DNA from: Candidatus Nomurabacteria bacterium
GTDB taxonomy: Bacteria > Patescibacteriota > Minisyncoccia > Phycocordibacterales > UBA918
Length of the DNA stretch: 64,000 bases
NCBI GenBank assembly: GCA_020632155.1
Contig: JACKGE010000001.1
Coordinates: 92,011-156,010 of the forward strand
Direction: 5' to 3'
Of this stretch, positions 8,664 to 18,524 are shown one piece after another. A program made the position numbers and the translations under genes. The stretch's first letter is position 1, and each line of letters opens with the position of its first letter. The notes below the pieces were generated by a model that saw only the letters and a list, made by a program, of their open reading frames with translations, was not told the origin of the DNA and did no database searches.

Positions 8664-9269
8664 TTAGTCCTTGGTACCATCGAAATTGACGTCATACATA
8701 ATCCGCTCCTGCGCAGTCACGTATTTAAGAACCTCAGCTGGGGTGAACCAAAGTGGTATCTCACGCTGCGCTTCGTCAACAGACTCAGACTGATGAACGA
8801 GGTTACGTACGCCGCGGTTCTCAAGGGTCGCGTGCGCGTACGAGTCAACGGTGTAGTCACCACGGATAGTACCGACGTCAGACGTAGATGGCTCAGTGGT
8901 GCCAACAATCTTAGAAACAACCGCCACAGCCTGATTACCTTCCATGACCATCGCCACCAGTGGTGCGGCCATCATGTACTTTACGAGGTTGCGTACAATA
9001 TCCTTGCCGTACTCAATTGCCTCTTTCTCAACCGGAATAGTATGTGCCTCCATGTCTTTGACGATACCCTCACCTTTGCGCTGGTACCACTCATCATCCT
9101 TGTTGTAGTGAGCAAGTAACTGCTCCTCGGTTGCATAGACCATTTTCATGGCCACAATTTTAAGGCCAGTCTGCTCAAAACGCTTTATAAGCTCCCCAAC
9201 GAGTGAGCGCTGGACTGTATCTGGCTTGAGGAGAACAAGGGATTGTTCTTGGTGTGGTAATCGCGACAT
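8664..9269 (-). CDS. ndk: nucleoside diphosphate kinase (long 201-aa form)
   Basis: LVLLKPDTVQRSLVGELIKRFE...; NDK fold with insertion/C-terminal extension. Confidence 0.85.
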   Translation of the reverse strand: MSRLPHQEQSLVLLKPDTVQRSLVGELIKRFEQTGLKIVAMKMVYATEEQLLAHYNKDDEWYQRKGEGIVKDMEAHTIPVEKEAIEYGKDIVRNLVKYMMAAPLVAMVMEGNQAVAVVSKIVGTTEPSTSDVGTIRGDYTVDSYAHATLENRGVRNLVHQSESVDEAQREIPLWFTPAEVLKYVTAQERIMYDVNFDGTKD

Positions 9270-9335
9270 AGATTGACTTAATGTTTAATCGGTAGTTATT
9301 AGTCTTTAATGCGCTGTGAGTATAACGTATATTCG

Positions 9336-9364
9336 AAAAAAAGAAAGGGCGCAATTGCGCCCTT
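9336..9364 (-). terminator. rho-independent terminator downstream of map
   Basis: minus strand AAGGGCGCAATTGCGCCCTT followed by TCTTTTTTTCG. Confidence 0.6.
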
Positions 9365-9457
9365 GGCGTCCTCCTTATTTCGCCAGGATATTAAGCCTTT
9401 TGACACCGGGGTCTTGGGAGGACTTACTTAGTATAACAAACAAAATAAGAAAACAAA

Positions 9458-10240
9458 CTACTTTTTACTTCCTTGAGTCAACACCTCAGGACCTTTAGCA
9501 GTTATCAAAACGGTGTGCTCCATATGAGCAGCCAGCCCTCCATCAGCAGAAAGGACCGTGTACCCGTCACTCTCATCAAAGATCACGTCTTTGCTGCCAG
9601 CAATTATCATCGGTTCAATGGCAATGACCATACCTGATTCGAGCTCTGGACTATCACCTTTCATAACAAAATTTGGCACAGTTGGCTCTTCATGGACGTT
9701 ATAACCAACGCCGTGTCCGCAGAGTGCCTCAACAATGCCATACTCTTTAGGAACCATCGCCTCAATGGCGGCGCCGATGGCCTTAACGCGCGCACCCGCC
9801 GTAGCTGCCTTTATTCCTGCCTTAAGAGCGGCAGCAGTGATATCAATCAGTGCCTGCGCTTCATGGCTGAGGGTACCGCAGCCAACGGTGCGGGCGGAGT
9901 CGACAACCATGCCTTCAAACCCAATAACAAGGTCGATACTAACCACATCGCCATCCGCAAATGTGATTGGATGTTCGTTAGGAATACCATGTACCACGAC
10001 ATCATTTACAGACACACAAGTAGCAGCGGGATACGGACGCGGCGCAAACTGGGGCCTATAGCCAAGAATCATCGGCTCAACACCATATTCCTCAATGAGT
10101 TCCATAGCGCGATCATCAACGTCAAGTGAGGTGTTGCCCGGTACTACCTCCTTTTCGAGCTCATCTAAAATACGGCCGAGTATCTGCCCGCCCTTGCGCA
10201 ATTTCTTGATATCTTCTTCGGTTTTAAGTGTAATTGCCAT
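9458..10240 (-). CDS. map: type I methionine aminopeptidase
   Basis: 260 aa; MAITLKTEEDIKKLRKGGQILGRIL... and metal-binding D/D/H/E/E residues. Confidence 0.9.
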   Translation of the reverse strand: MAITLKTEEDIKKLRKGGQILGRILDELEKEVVPGNTSLDVDDRAMELIEEYGVEPMILGYRPQFAPRPYPAATCVSVNDVVVHGIPNEHPITFADGDVVSIDLVIGFEGMVVDSARTVGCGTLSHEAQALIDITAAALKAGIKAATAGARVKAIGAAIEAMVPKEYGIVEALCGHGVGYNVHEEPTVPNFVMKGDSPELESGMVIAIEPMIIAGSKDVIFDESDGYTVLSADGGLAAHMEHTVLITAKGPEVLTQGSKK

Positions 10241-10273
10241 AGTGTCTATGTATCATAGATGATACATAAAAAA

Positions 10274-10870
10274 TCAAGTGAGATTTAGTGCTTTGAGAAT
10301 CTGATTGTGCACCCCTTCAATCGTATCAGTGCCGTTTATATCGTGCACGTTGGTGTTTGAACGATTGCGGTAGTACTCGATGACCGGCAGTGTTTCTTGT
10401 CGATACCACGTGAGGCGAGCCTCAATTGATTCTGGTGTGTCATCATGACGCGCTCTGCCTTCCATACGCGCTCGCACCACCTCCTCAGGAGTGTCGAGGT
10501 TGATGATATCAACCGGCTGGCGGTGATAGAACGCGAGTGCACTTTCGAGTACATGGGCTTCAGCCACTACGCGCGGAAACCCATCAATGAGGAGGTGGCA
10601 GTCAGTGTCGACGTGCTCACGCATGGCGTCACCCCAGAGCGTCGTGGAGAGAAAAAGTGGTTGGAGTACACCGGTATTGAGAGTTTCTTGTATCTTTTCT
10701 TCCGTGAAGCCTTCCCCCTTAGCGGCAAGCGCGCGGAAACGGCGTCCAGTCTGAATATCTACTACCTGCCGTGTTGGATCCTTCGCGCTCAGCACTGCAT
10801 CGAGTTTGTCTATCTGTGTGCCCTTACCGCTTCCCTGCGGCCCGATGAAGATAACTGTTTTAGGTGTCAT
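10274..10870 (-). CDS. adk: adenylate kinase
   Basis: IFIGPQGSGKGTQ P-loop, 198 aa. Confidence 0.9.
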   Translation of the reverse strand: MTPKTVIFIGPQGSGKGTQIDKLDAVLSAKDPTRQVVDIQTGRRFRALAAKGEGFTEEKIQETLNTGVLQPLFLSTTLWGDAMREHVDTDCHLLIDGFPRVVAEAHVLESALAFYHRQPVDIINLDTPEEVVRARMEGRARHDDTPESIEARLTWYRQETLPVIEYYRNRSNTNVHDINGTDTIEGVHNQILKALNLT

Positions 10871-11477
10871 TGTGCTGTGTGCTTAAAGTATTAAAAATGT
10901 TGGTAACTATCTCTGCCATCTCTTGATTGGCTGATTCTAACCTGCCTTCTGTATTGTCGATGATAAAGTCGGCGTAGGGTTTTGACTTTACTTCCTCTAC
11001 ATAGCGCTGATGGCGAAGCTCTAGATGTTCTGGAGAGATAGGAGCGCGCGCTAGCGCTCGAGCTTTAAGCTCTTCCCAACTACCAGCTTCAATAAAAATG
11101 AGGGTGCGGTGCTCGTCGGGAACAATGGCTTGTAACTGTTGTACCCCTTGCAGCTCAATTTCAGTGATAAGTACTTCCCCTGCTTCGAGCCGATCGACGA
11201 TCTCAGACCTAAGGGTACCGTAGCGATGACCACTAAAGACAGCCCACTCAAGAAACTCTCCATTCATTACTTTCTTATCGAACTCCTCTTCAGTAATGAA
11301 GTAGTATTCTTTGCCGTTAGTTTCTCCGGGGCGCATAGCGCGCGTGGTGCAAGAGACAGAATAACGAAGCTCTGGGAATTTTTCCGTCAAAAAGCGGACG
11401 ATGCTGCCCTTGCCACTGCCGGTTGGCCCCATGATCAAGATAAGATGTCCAGTGATCTTGTCGGTATCCATGACCAC
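10860..11477 (-). CDS. gmk: guanylate kinase
   Basis: GPTGSGKGS...SCTTRAMRPGETNGKEYYF. Confidence 0.85.
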   Translation of the reverse strand: MVMDTDKITGHLILIMGPTGSGKGSIVRFLTEKFPELRYSVSCTTRAMRPGETNGKEYYFITEEEFDKKVMNGEFLEWAVFSGHRYGTLRSEIVDRLEAGEVLITEIELQGVQQLQAIVPDEHRTLIFIEAGSWEELKARALARAPISPEHLELRHQRYVEEVKSKPYADFIIDNTEGRLESANQEMAEIVTNIFNTLSTQHNDT

Positions 11478-11535
11478 CTAGAGTACCAGCTTTTACCCCA
11501 CATGCAACAAAATATCGTTGTGTTATGCTACTCTC

Positions 11536-12156
11536 ATGCATCGGCCACACATCATTACCCTCTCTGGAAAGCCCGGCAGTGGCAAATCATCCACGTCAGA
11601 CAAGTTGGCTGAACTTCTTGGCTATACACGGTATTCTTCGGGTGATTTGGTACGCAAAGTGGCAAAGCAACATCACCTGACGCTGGAGGAGTTCAACGAA
11701 CGCGCCAAGACCGACCACACACTGGATGATAAAGTGGACGAGGAGCTGCGTAAACTGCGTGATGAGAAAGACGTCGTCATCGATTCACGCCTCGGCTTCT
11801 ACTGGATACCGGAGTCGTTCAAGGTGTATCTTGAACTCGATATTGACCTCGCTTCCGCTCGTATATTTCGCGATAGTGCAATTACTCAGAGCCGCATCGA
11901 CAGTGGCGAGACCGGCAGTATGCAGGAAGTGGTACGCGAGGTAAAAGAACGTTACGAGAATGAACGCGAACGTTTCAGGGCACTATACGGTGTCGATCCA
12001 TATAATCCGCAGCGCTTTGATCTCATTATTGATACCTCACGGCAAAATCCGCAAAGTGTAGCGCTCACCATATTTGATAACTATAAGCAGTGGCTAAAGC
12101 GTGACGAGTGGGAGCAGGTCCGTGTTGATGTGCCGGTCGGGTACTCCTTACAGTAA
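11536..12156 (+). CDS. cmk: (d)CMP kinase-like P-loop nucleoside monophosphate kinase
   Basis: MHRPHIITLSGKPGSGKSST...; archaeal/short-type cytidylate kinase-like; internal start of ORF 11518. Confidence 0.6.
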   Translation: MHRPHIITLSGKPGSGKSSTSDKLAELLGYTRYSSGDLVRKVAKQHHLTLEEFNERAKTDHTLDDKVDEELRKLRDEKDVVIDSRLGFYWIPESFKVYLELDIDLASARIFRDSAITQSRIDSGETGSMQEVVREVKERYENERERFRALYGVDPYNPQRFDLIIDTSRQNPQSVALTIFDNYKQWLKRDEWEQVRVDVPVGYSLQ

Positions 12157-12213
12157 CAATTTTTACAAATTTTGCTGACCCCAAAGCACAGAAACTATTT
12201 TGGATACGCGGCG

Positions 12214-12266
12214 GACAAGAAAAAAGACCCAAGTGGGACAGAGTAGTCCAAGGGTCTTTTTTCTTA
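12214..12266. terminator. bidirectional terminator between convergent cmk and secY
   Basis: AAAAAAGACCC-loop-GGGTCTTTTTTCTT; preceded by CGCGGCGGACAAGA motif shared with 8571-8583. Confidence 0.65.
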
Positions 12267-12414
12267 GCCTAACGAAATAGACTAGTTTCTGGGTGAGGAT
12301 TTTTCTTAGAGAGCGACGTCACGCACCGAAGTGAAACGTTGAGTCGTAGATAGACCTACGGTGAGACGTTGAACAAGGGAGTGTCTAGCTCTCTAGGAAA
12401 AAGACCGGCCAGAA

Positions 12415-13686
12415 TTAGTACTCGCGCATCGAAACCTGCGCATCAAGTCGTCGAATCAAATCCAAGATCACATTAACGACGATAAGAAGGGCGGTACCAC
12501 CAATGGCAAGCGCGGTAATACCAGTTGCCTGCTGCATACCAAACGGCAAGACAGCAATGAGCGCAAGGAAGGTAGCGCCAATAAGGGTGAGCCGCGTAAT
12601 GACATTACCTAGGTAGAGTGCCGTCTGCCCACCCGGACGAATACCCGGGATAAAGGCACCGTTACGCTGCAAGTTCTTAGCGATAGAATCTGGATCGAAG
12701 GTCACCGCGGTATAGAAGAAGGTGAAGAGGAATACGAGCACGAAGTAGACCGAGCCGTATGCCACCACATTATTTGAGAACTGCTGCACCGCAGCCAGTG
12801 CTCCATCGATACCGTTTATGTTGAAGCTGGCAAGAATGTTGAGAATCATTTGCGGAAACAACAAAATTGAGAGCGCAAAGATAATCGGGATCACACCAGC
12901 TTGGTTAAGACGAAGTGGCAGGTAACTCTGGGTTCCACCATACGTTTTACCACCACGACTCTGCTTTGCGTACGTTATTGGAACAGCACGCTCAGCCTCA
13001 GTCACGATGACAACCGCATAGATGACAGCCAGTGCCACGAGCGCGAACCCAACATAGAGTGGCAGCTGCGCGGCATTAAAGCCGAAGGCCAACTGACTTA
13101 CTGTTGCGGGGAGACCCGCTACGATACCAGCAAAGATAATGATGGATACACCATTACCGATACCGTACTCCGTTACGAGTTCACCAATCCACATCAGCAA
13201 CATAGAGCCGCCAACGATCAAGATGACGTTTGTCAGGAAGGCAAACGTTGAAAGACCAACGAGTACACCCTGACTTTGCAAGAGTGAGAGAAATCCGAAA
13301 GCTTGTAGTACAGCCAGTGGCAACGTTAGCATACGCGAATACTGCGTAAACTTAGCGCGACCAGCTTCCCCTTCCTCAGTGTAAAGGCTCTTCATTTTTG
13401 GCGACATCACGGTCATAAGCTGCATAATGATGGACGCCGTAATGAACGGACCTACTCCGAGCATCACAATCGAGAGGTTGGCAAGGCCACCTCCTGAGAA
13501 GATGTTGAGAAGACCGAGGAACTGGTTGTTCTGGAAGAACTGCTGCAGCACCGCGTGGTCAACACCCGGAATTGGGATTGCTGCCAAGGCGCGGAAGACG
13601 AAGAGTGCTCCGATGACAAACAGAACGCGATTGCGAATGGCTGGTTCGGTGAAGATGACTTTGAGTTTGTGAATGAATGTCTTCAT
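12415..13686 (-). CDS. secY: preprotein translocase subunit SecY
   Basis: 423 aa, 10 TM, canonical SecY N-terminus. Confidence 0.92.
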   Translation of the reverse strand: MKTFIHKLKVIFTEPAIRNRVLFVIGALFVFRALAAIPIPGVDHAVLQQFFQNNQFLGLLNIFSGGGLANLSIVMLGVGPFITASIIMQLMTVMSPKMKSLYTEEGEAGRAKFTQYSRMLTLPLAVLQAFGFLSLLQSQGVLVGLSTFAFLTNVILIVGGSMLLMWIGELVTEYGIGNGVSIIIFAGIVAGLPATVSQLAFGFNAAQLPLYVGFALVALAVIYAVVIVTEAERAVPITYAKQSRGGKTYGGTQSYLPLRLNQAGVIPIIFALSILLFPQMILNILASFNINGIDGALAAVQQFSNNVVAYGSVYFVLVFLFTFFYTAVTFDPDSIAKNLQRNGAFIPGIRPGGQTALYLGNVITRLTLIGATFLALIAVLPFGMQQATGITALAIGGTALLIVVNVILDLIRRLDAQVSMREY

Positions 13687-13791
13687 AGTTTAGTTTGTAG
13701 GTGTTAGGTAGTAGGTCATAGGTGCTCACGCTACGTACAGTGTACAGCAGTCGAGTGACAAAACTATAACCTAAAACCGTCGACCTGTACC
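13687..13791. repeat. palindromic heptamer-repeat element copy C4 (TAGGTN x4 ... TATAACCTAAAACC) in secY leader
   Basis: GTAGGTG TTAGGTA GTAGGTC ATAGGTG on plus strand = ACCUA heptamers immediately 5' of secY AUG on mRNA. Confidence 0.6.
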
Positions 13792-14241
13792 TTAGTTTAC
13801 CGTTCCGCCAGCTTTTTCAATCTTTTCTTTGGCGGCCTTTGATACCTCACAGCCAGTGACCGTAAGCTTTTTGCTTACTTCTCCGGTTCCGAGAATTTTA
13901 ACGAGGGGTGCCTTTTTGCGACGGGCATTGATAACACCCGCTGTCACAAGTGCCTTTGGACTAACCTCAGCACCAGCTTCAAAGGTACTCTCGAGCACAC
14001 TAAGGTTCACGGGCACCGGACGTACACGTTCCGCGTTAACGGTTGCGGCACGATTAACACCATGACCACGAAGCTTTGGCAGCTTCTTAATGGTCTCACG
14101 CATCTGTGGCACCGTACTGTTACCAGCACGAGCCTTTTGACCTTTATGACCACGACCTGATGTTTTACCACGCTTTCCACCACGACCAATACGCTTGGCG
14201 GTCTTTCGACTGGTGGATGGCTTTAATTCATGTAGCTGCAT
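13792..14241 (-). CDS. rplO: 50S ribosomal protein L15
   Basis: MQLHELKPSTSRKTAKRIGRGGKRGKTSGRGHKGQKAR. Confidence 0.9.
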   Translation of the reverse strand: MQLHELKPSTSRKTAKRIGRGGKRGKTSGRGHKGQKARAGNSTVPQMRETIKKLPKLRGHGVNRAATVNAERVRPVPVNLSVLESTFEAGAEVSPKALVTAGVINARRKKAPLVKILGTGEVSKKLTVTGCEVSKAAKEKIEKAGGTVN

Positions 14242-14243
14242 AC

Positions 14244-14882
14244 TTATGATTTAAGAAGCTTGAGTGCCTCGACAGCAGCACGTGCGTTGTTAAGTTTATT
14301 CTTGCTGCGTGAAAGCAATTTTGCAGTGACGTCTTTAACGCCAGCAAGTTCAAGGACGGTACGAACTGATGAACCAGCCACGAGACCGCGACCTGGAGCC
14401 GGTAAGATCATTACCTCACTTGAGGCGTACTTTATCGCAACATCATGTGGGATGTGATGGTCCTTATCCATAGTGACGGTAATCATGTTCTTCTTGGCGT
14501 CACGAATGGCTTTTTCAATAGCAAGCTGGGTGTCACCGGCTTTGCCGATACCAACACCAACCTTTCCTTTCTTGTCTCCGATCACCATAGATACGGAGAA
14601 ACTGAAGCGGCGTCCACCAGCCATCACACGCGTAACGCGACGAATACTGATGATTTTTTGATCGAATTCCGGACGAGCACGCTCGTCACGACGACCGCCA
14701 CGGCGTGGGCGGCGAGGGTTACGGCGCTTTTCGCCATCACCACCTCGGCGACCGCGACCACGGGGAGCTCCTTCTGCAGACGTAGCATCTGCAGCAGGTG
14801 CATCGGGCGAAGTCTTGGGCGCTTCTTTTTCTGATACTGGTGTATCAGTTGTAGCTTCCTGCTGTTTATTTTCTTCTGACAT
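14244..14882 (-). CDS. rpsE: 30S ribosomal protein S5 (R/G-rich N-terminal extension)
   Basis: ...IISIRRVTRVMAGGRRFSFSVSMVIGDKKGKVGVGIGKAGD... Confidence 0.9.
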   Translation of the reverse strand: MSEENKQQEATTDTPVSEKEAPKTSPDAPAADATSAEGAPRGRGRRGGDGEKRRNPRRPRRGGRRDERARPEFDQKIISIRRVTRVMAGGRRFSFSVSMVIGDKKGKVGVGIGKAGDTQLAIEKAIRDAKKNMITVTMDKDHHIPHDVAIKYASSEVMILPAPGRGLVAGSSVRTVLELAGVKDVTAKLLSRSKNKLNNARAAVEALKLLKS

Positions 14883-14926
14883 GTTGTTTGTCTTGAGTGC
14901 ATATACGCACTCGGCTTGTAATCTGC

Positions 14927-15277
14927 TTAGAACTCCAATCCACCAGCACGCGCAGCATCTGCAAGCGCGGCGATATTGCCTTGATAGCGATATCCACCAC
15001 GGTCAAACACGACGGCTTTGATGCCAGCGGTGCTTGCAAGCTTGGCAATCTCAGTACCGAGCGCAGTAGCGCGCTCAGCAGTGGTAGCACCTTTTAGCTT
15101 ACGTGAATCTGCGGCGGCAATAGTTGTACCAGTCTCATCATTGATGAGCTGTACATAGAGAGCGACATTACTCTTAAAGACAGCAAGGCGTGGCTTTGTG
15201 GCTGTGCCAATCACACGCGCACGAATACGATTTCGGCGGGCGCTACGGCGAGCTGTCTTAGCTTGTGTTTTCTTCAT
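14927..15277 (-). CDS. rplR: 50S ribosomal protein L18
   Basis: 116 aa, basic N-terminus, L18 core. Confidence 0.9.
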   Translation of the reverse strand: MKKTQAKTARRSARRNRIRARVIGTATKPRLAVFKSNVALYVQLINDETGTTIAAADSRKLKGATTAERATALGTEIAKLASTAGIKAVVFDRGGYRYQGNIAALADAARAGGLEF

Positions 15278-15280
15278 ACG

Positions 15281-15814
15281 TTAGACGGCCTTCTTACCTT
15301 GCTTACGAATAATGTACTCTCCTTGGTATCGGATACCCTTGCCCTTGTATGGCTCAGGCTTCTTGACCTTACGGACATTGGCTGCAAACTGACCGACCAC
15401 TTCTTTATCAGCTGCAGTAAGAGTGATAACGTTCTTTTCTACCGTAGCAGCAACCCCCTCAGGAAGTTCCATTTCTACTGGGTGAGAAAAGCCCATACTC
15501 AGAACGAGTGTGTTACCTCGCAGTTCAGCGCGGTATCCAACTCCCTCAATTTCAAGTACTTTGGTGAAACCCTCGGTAACTCCCGTCACCATGTTGCGCA
15601 CGTGGGCAGCAAAGGTGCCCCAAAGCGCGCGAGCTTCATCAGTTTCGGCAGCTGGTGCTACCGATACTACTCCATTATCAATTGTGATGTTCACGTCTTT
15701 GTGAACAGTGCGAGTCAAAGTCCCTTTTGGGCCTTTGACAGTAAGTACGCTATCAGCGAGCGTTGCCTCAACTCCGTTTGGGAGCGCTACGGGCTGTTTT
15801 CCAAGTCGACTCAT
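15281..15814 (-). CDS. rplF: 50S ribosomal protein L6
   Basis: MSRLGKQPVALPNGVEATLADSVLTVKGPKG. Confidence 0.92.
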   Translation of the reverse strand: MSRLGKQPVALPNGVEATLADSVLTVKGPKGTLTRTVHKDVNITIDNGVVSVAPAAETDEARALWGTFAAHVRNMVTGVTEGFTKVLEIEGVGYRAELRGNTLVLSMGFSHPVEMELPEGVAATVEKNVITLTAADKEVVGQFAANVRKVKKPEPYKGKGIRYQGEYIIRKQGKKAV

Positions 15815-15817
15815 AGG

Positions 15818-16213
15818 CTACCAAATAATAAAGAGCTGTTCACCACCAACATTCTTCTGCCGTGCTTCCTCACCGGTGAGGATACCAGCTGGTGTTGAAA
15901 GGATAACGTGCCCTTTACCAAATTTAACGGGATAAATCTCTGCGACCTTACTATAGAGGCGTCGTCCTGGCTTACTGACACGCTTTACACCGCTGATGTG
16001 ATGCGCGCCGCCAGAGCTATATTTAAGGGTGACTTCAAGGGTCTTCTTTGCCCCTTTGCCTGCTTCTGCAACCTCGCCTACATAACCCGCCTCTTTGAGT
16101 TTGTTTGCGATGTGCAGCTTAAGCTTTGAAAAAGGCACAGATACGGTCGCTTTTTTGACCATACCAGCATTCTTGAGCTGTACGATGAAATCACCAACTG
16201 TGTCGTTTACCAT
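15818..16213 (-). CDS. rpsH: 30S ribosomal protein S8
   Basis: [21 protein letters not shown]... Confidence 0.92.
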   Translation of the reverse strand: MVNDTVGDFIVQLKNAGMVKKATVSVPFSKLKLHIANKLKEAGYVGEVAEAGKGAKKTLEVTLKYSSGGAHHISGVKRVSKPGRRLYSKVAEIYPVKFGKGHVILSTPAGILTGEEARQKNVGGEQLFIIW

Positions 16214-16392
16214 GATGATTTCTTAATACCTGGGATGTGACCCTCGTTAGCAAGCTCACGGAAGCAGATACGACAGATATCAAAATCTCGCATGTATCCA
16301 TGCTTTCGTCCGCAAAGCTTACAACGGCGGACCACCCGACACTTGTACTTTGGTTCGCGCTCCGCGCGAACCTTAATCGATGTTCGTGCCAT
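16207..16392 (-). CDS. rpsN: 30S ribosomal protein S14 type Z (zinc-binding)
   Basis: 61 aa, CxxC...CxxC. Confidence 0.9.
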   Translation of the reverse strand: MARTSIKVRAEREPKYKCRVVRRCKLCGRKHGYMRDFDICRICFRELANEGHIPGIKKSSW

Positions 16393-16628
16393 TAGGTTTA
16401 ATGGTTAGCACTTCGTACATAACACACAAAACGAACTGTCGTTCGCTACGGTGAGATATTGCTATGACGTTGTGCAGTGGAGCAGTATCACCTAGATGTA
16501 GTGACTGACTCCGCTGATAATCCGGCTCGCAGCCTCTGGCTGCTCGCCTTCACAAAAGTGGCTCCCATCTACTCCCAAGCCGCTTTTATGGTGCGCCTAC
16601 TATACGTGAAAATAAGGAAATAGCAAGA

Positions 16629-17108
16629 CTATTCCTGATTTAGTTCTGATCGGAGCTCCATCCATATTTGGCCAAGCCAATTTTGACCTTGCCAGTCTGC
16701 ACCTCGCCCCCAACAACTGTCTTTAGGTGAATCTTCAATCAATTTGGCATTTTCAGTTTGCCGCAGTGTCTTCTCAATGTATGGATGCTGTGAGATCTTT
16801 GCGCGACAAATATCTTTCATGACGACTCTCTTTTCGTCTTCCCAAGATGGACGTAATTTATTCTGATACTTTATAGCCAATTTAAGTGCGTCATGGGCTG
16901 AAGTAGCAGACGCTATCTCTTCAACAATACTTACATCATCGAAACCGGCGGCTTGAAATGCGTGCTCAGATGTCTGCCACAAACGTTCTTGCCACATTAC
17001 TGAAAAAGCAGCAAAGTTGGAAAAACAGTATCCGAACTCTCCTCCGTAGAACAAAACGGGGTCTGTAATCTTCTCTGAGTATGTATTTTCAGAATTGTTT
17101 ACGAACAT
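16629..17108 (-). CDS. NADAR (YbiA-like, DUF1768) domain protein
   Basis: FYGGEFGYCFSNFAAFSVMWQERLWQTSEHAFQAAGF matches the NADAR/YbiA signature. Confidence 0.7.
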   Translation of the reverse strand: MFVNNSENTYSEKITDPVLFYGGEFGYCFSNFAAFSVMWQERLWQTSEHAFQAAGFDDVSIVEEIASATSAHDALKLAIKYQNKLRPSWEDEKRVVMKDICRAKISQHPYIEKTLRQTENAKLIEDSPKDSCWGRGADWQGQNWLGQIWMELRSELNQE

Positions 17109-17133
17109 ACACTATTTTTAGCACATTATTAAA

Positions 17134-17165
17134 AACCGGCCGAGGATCACTCCCCAGCCGGTTCT
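17134..17165 (-). terminator. hairpin terminator overlapping the 3' end of ORF 17147..17824
   Basis: minus strand AACCGGCTGGGGAGTGATCCTCGGCCGGTTTTTAATAAT. Confidence 0.5.
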
Positions 17166-17824
17166 GATATGACTGCCTTCCACAGCCGCTCAAGCTCGCG
17201 CCCGATTCGCAGCCGCCACGATATTTGAAGCCGTAAGAGGTACCGATATACTCCATGAAGCCGACCATACACCCATGAGTAGACATACTTGGGCACACGC
17301 TGGAGTACCGGCGGTACTAGTTTCTGGAGACCCAAAAACGCAACCGATCGGAACAAGAAATGCTGCGTGGACCGTAGCCCATACAACACATATGGTCGCA
17401 CCAAAGGCCAGAAACCAATGATAACGATCACAAAATGACCGAAGTAATGGTGCACGACCACAAACAGTGACACGCTGAAGGTGAGCGACAGAAGTATTCT
17501 AAATGGTGTTGAAACCAGAATATTCAGCCGTGTCTTCAATAGCAGCCAGAATGCGCGGCCGTACTGGCCCACCTGCTTGGATAGGGCGTCTACTCGTTTC
17601 CGTACCCAGCGCGGCGCCAACGGGCGCAAGAACCACAACATTAGGTACTGCGGCGCTGATATCAGCACAAAGCGACGAGTCAGTACCAATATCCACGCTA
17701 CAACCGAGTCGTACGTTACCTCCCTCAAGACCCATTCAATTTGGCGAACCAGTGTGTCCCGAGGCATAGCCTCGGGCGCAAAATATGCCCCCAGCCCAAA
17801 GAGGAGGAACAGCAATTTTCGCAT
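17147..17824 (-). CDS. hypothetical polytopic membrane protein (W/R/L-rich)
   Basis: 225-aa ORF inserted between rplE and rpsN; multiple overlapping alternative-frame ORFs make coding status uncertain. Confidence 0.4.
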   Translation of the reverse strand: MRKLLFLLFGLGAYFAPEAMPRDTLVRQIEWVLREVTYDSVVAWILVLTRRFVLISAPQYLMLWFLRPLAPRWVRKRVDALSKQVGQYGRAFWLLLKTRLNILVSTPFRILLSLTFSVSLFVVVHHYFGHFVIVIIGFWPLVRPYVLYGLRSTQHFLFRSVAFLGLQKLVPPVLQRVPKYVYSWVYGRLHGVYRYLLRLQISWRLRIGRELERLWKAVISEPAGE

Positions 17825-17947
17825 TAACTCCTCCTATGCCTGGATGCGAAGAACGTTCGGCGAAACAATACAATATTTCCTCGAAAAATCAACAAAAAAC
17901 ACTCCTAAGGGAGTGTTTTTTGTTTTCTGGAAGTCGAAAGTAGAGAA

Positions 17948-18502
17948 CTAAGCAGTTTCTTCTACTTTTTGAAACGGTAAACCAATGTGCCTTAGCAGTG
18001 CCTCGGCTTCTTCCTTAGTCTTGGCGGTGGTCACAATAGTAATCGCCAATGAGAATACGTCACGAATGTCTTCGTCAGCAGTCTCTGGGAAGATAGTGTG
18101 CTCCTTGATGCCAATGGTGATATTACCCATTTCATCAATTGCTGTTGCCTTAATACCGCGGAAGTCGCGAGTCTGTGGCAATGCAATGTGAATGAGCTTA
18201 TCAAGGAAGTGCTGCATGCGCTCGCCGCGCAGCGTCACCTGATAGCCAATGATGTCACCTTCGCGTAGCTTAAACGACGCGATGGACTTCTTGGCTGGAC
18301 GCGGTGATGGCTTTTGGCCAGTGATAGTCGCCAAACGCTCAACAATGAGTGCAATGCGATTCTTGTCGTCAATACGGCCAGTACCGGTTGAAACAACCAC
18401 CTTTTCAATACGCGGTGCCTGCATGACGTTTGCGTACGAGAATGTCTCTTTGAGTGCATCAAAGGCAGTCTGTACTTTGGTTTTGATGTTTGAAGTTGCC
18501 AT
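17948..18502 (-). CDS. rplE: 50S ribosomal protein L5
   Basis: 184 aa L5. Confidence 0.92.
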   Translation of the reverse strand: MATSNIKTKVQTAFDALKETFSYANVMQAPRIEKVVVSTGTGRIDDKNRIALIVERLATITGQKPSPRPAKKSIASFKLREGDIIGYQVTLRGERMQHFLDKLIHIALPQTRDFRGIKATAIDEMGNITIGIKEHTIFPETADEDIRDVFSLAITIVTTAKTKEEAEALLRHIGLPFQKVEETA

Positions 18503-18524
18503 AGTATCTATGCATTACCCGCTA

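Noticed and set aside
17481-17951. 156-aa plus-strand ORF and other alternative-frame ORFs overlapping 17147..17824
   Set aside because: No RBS, biased composition. They do weaken confidence in the 17147..17824 call itself.
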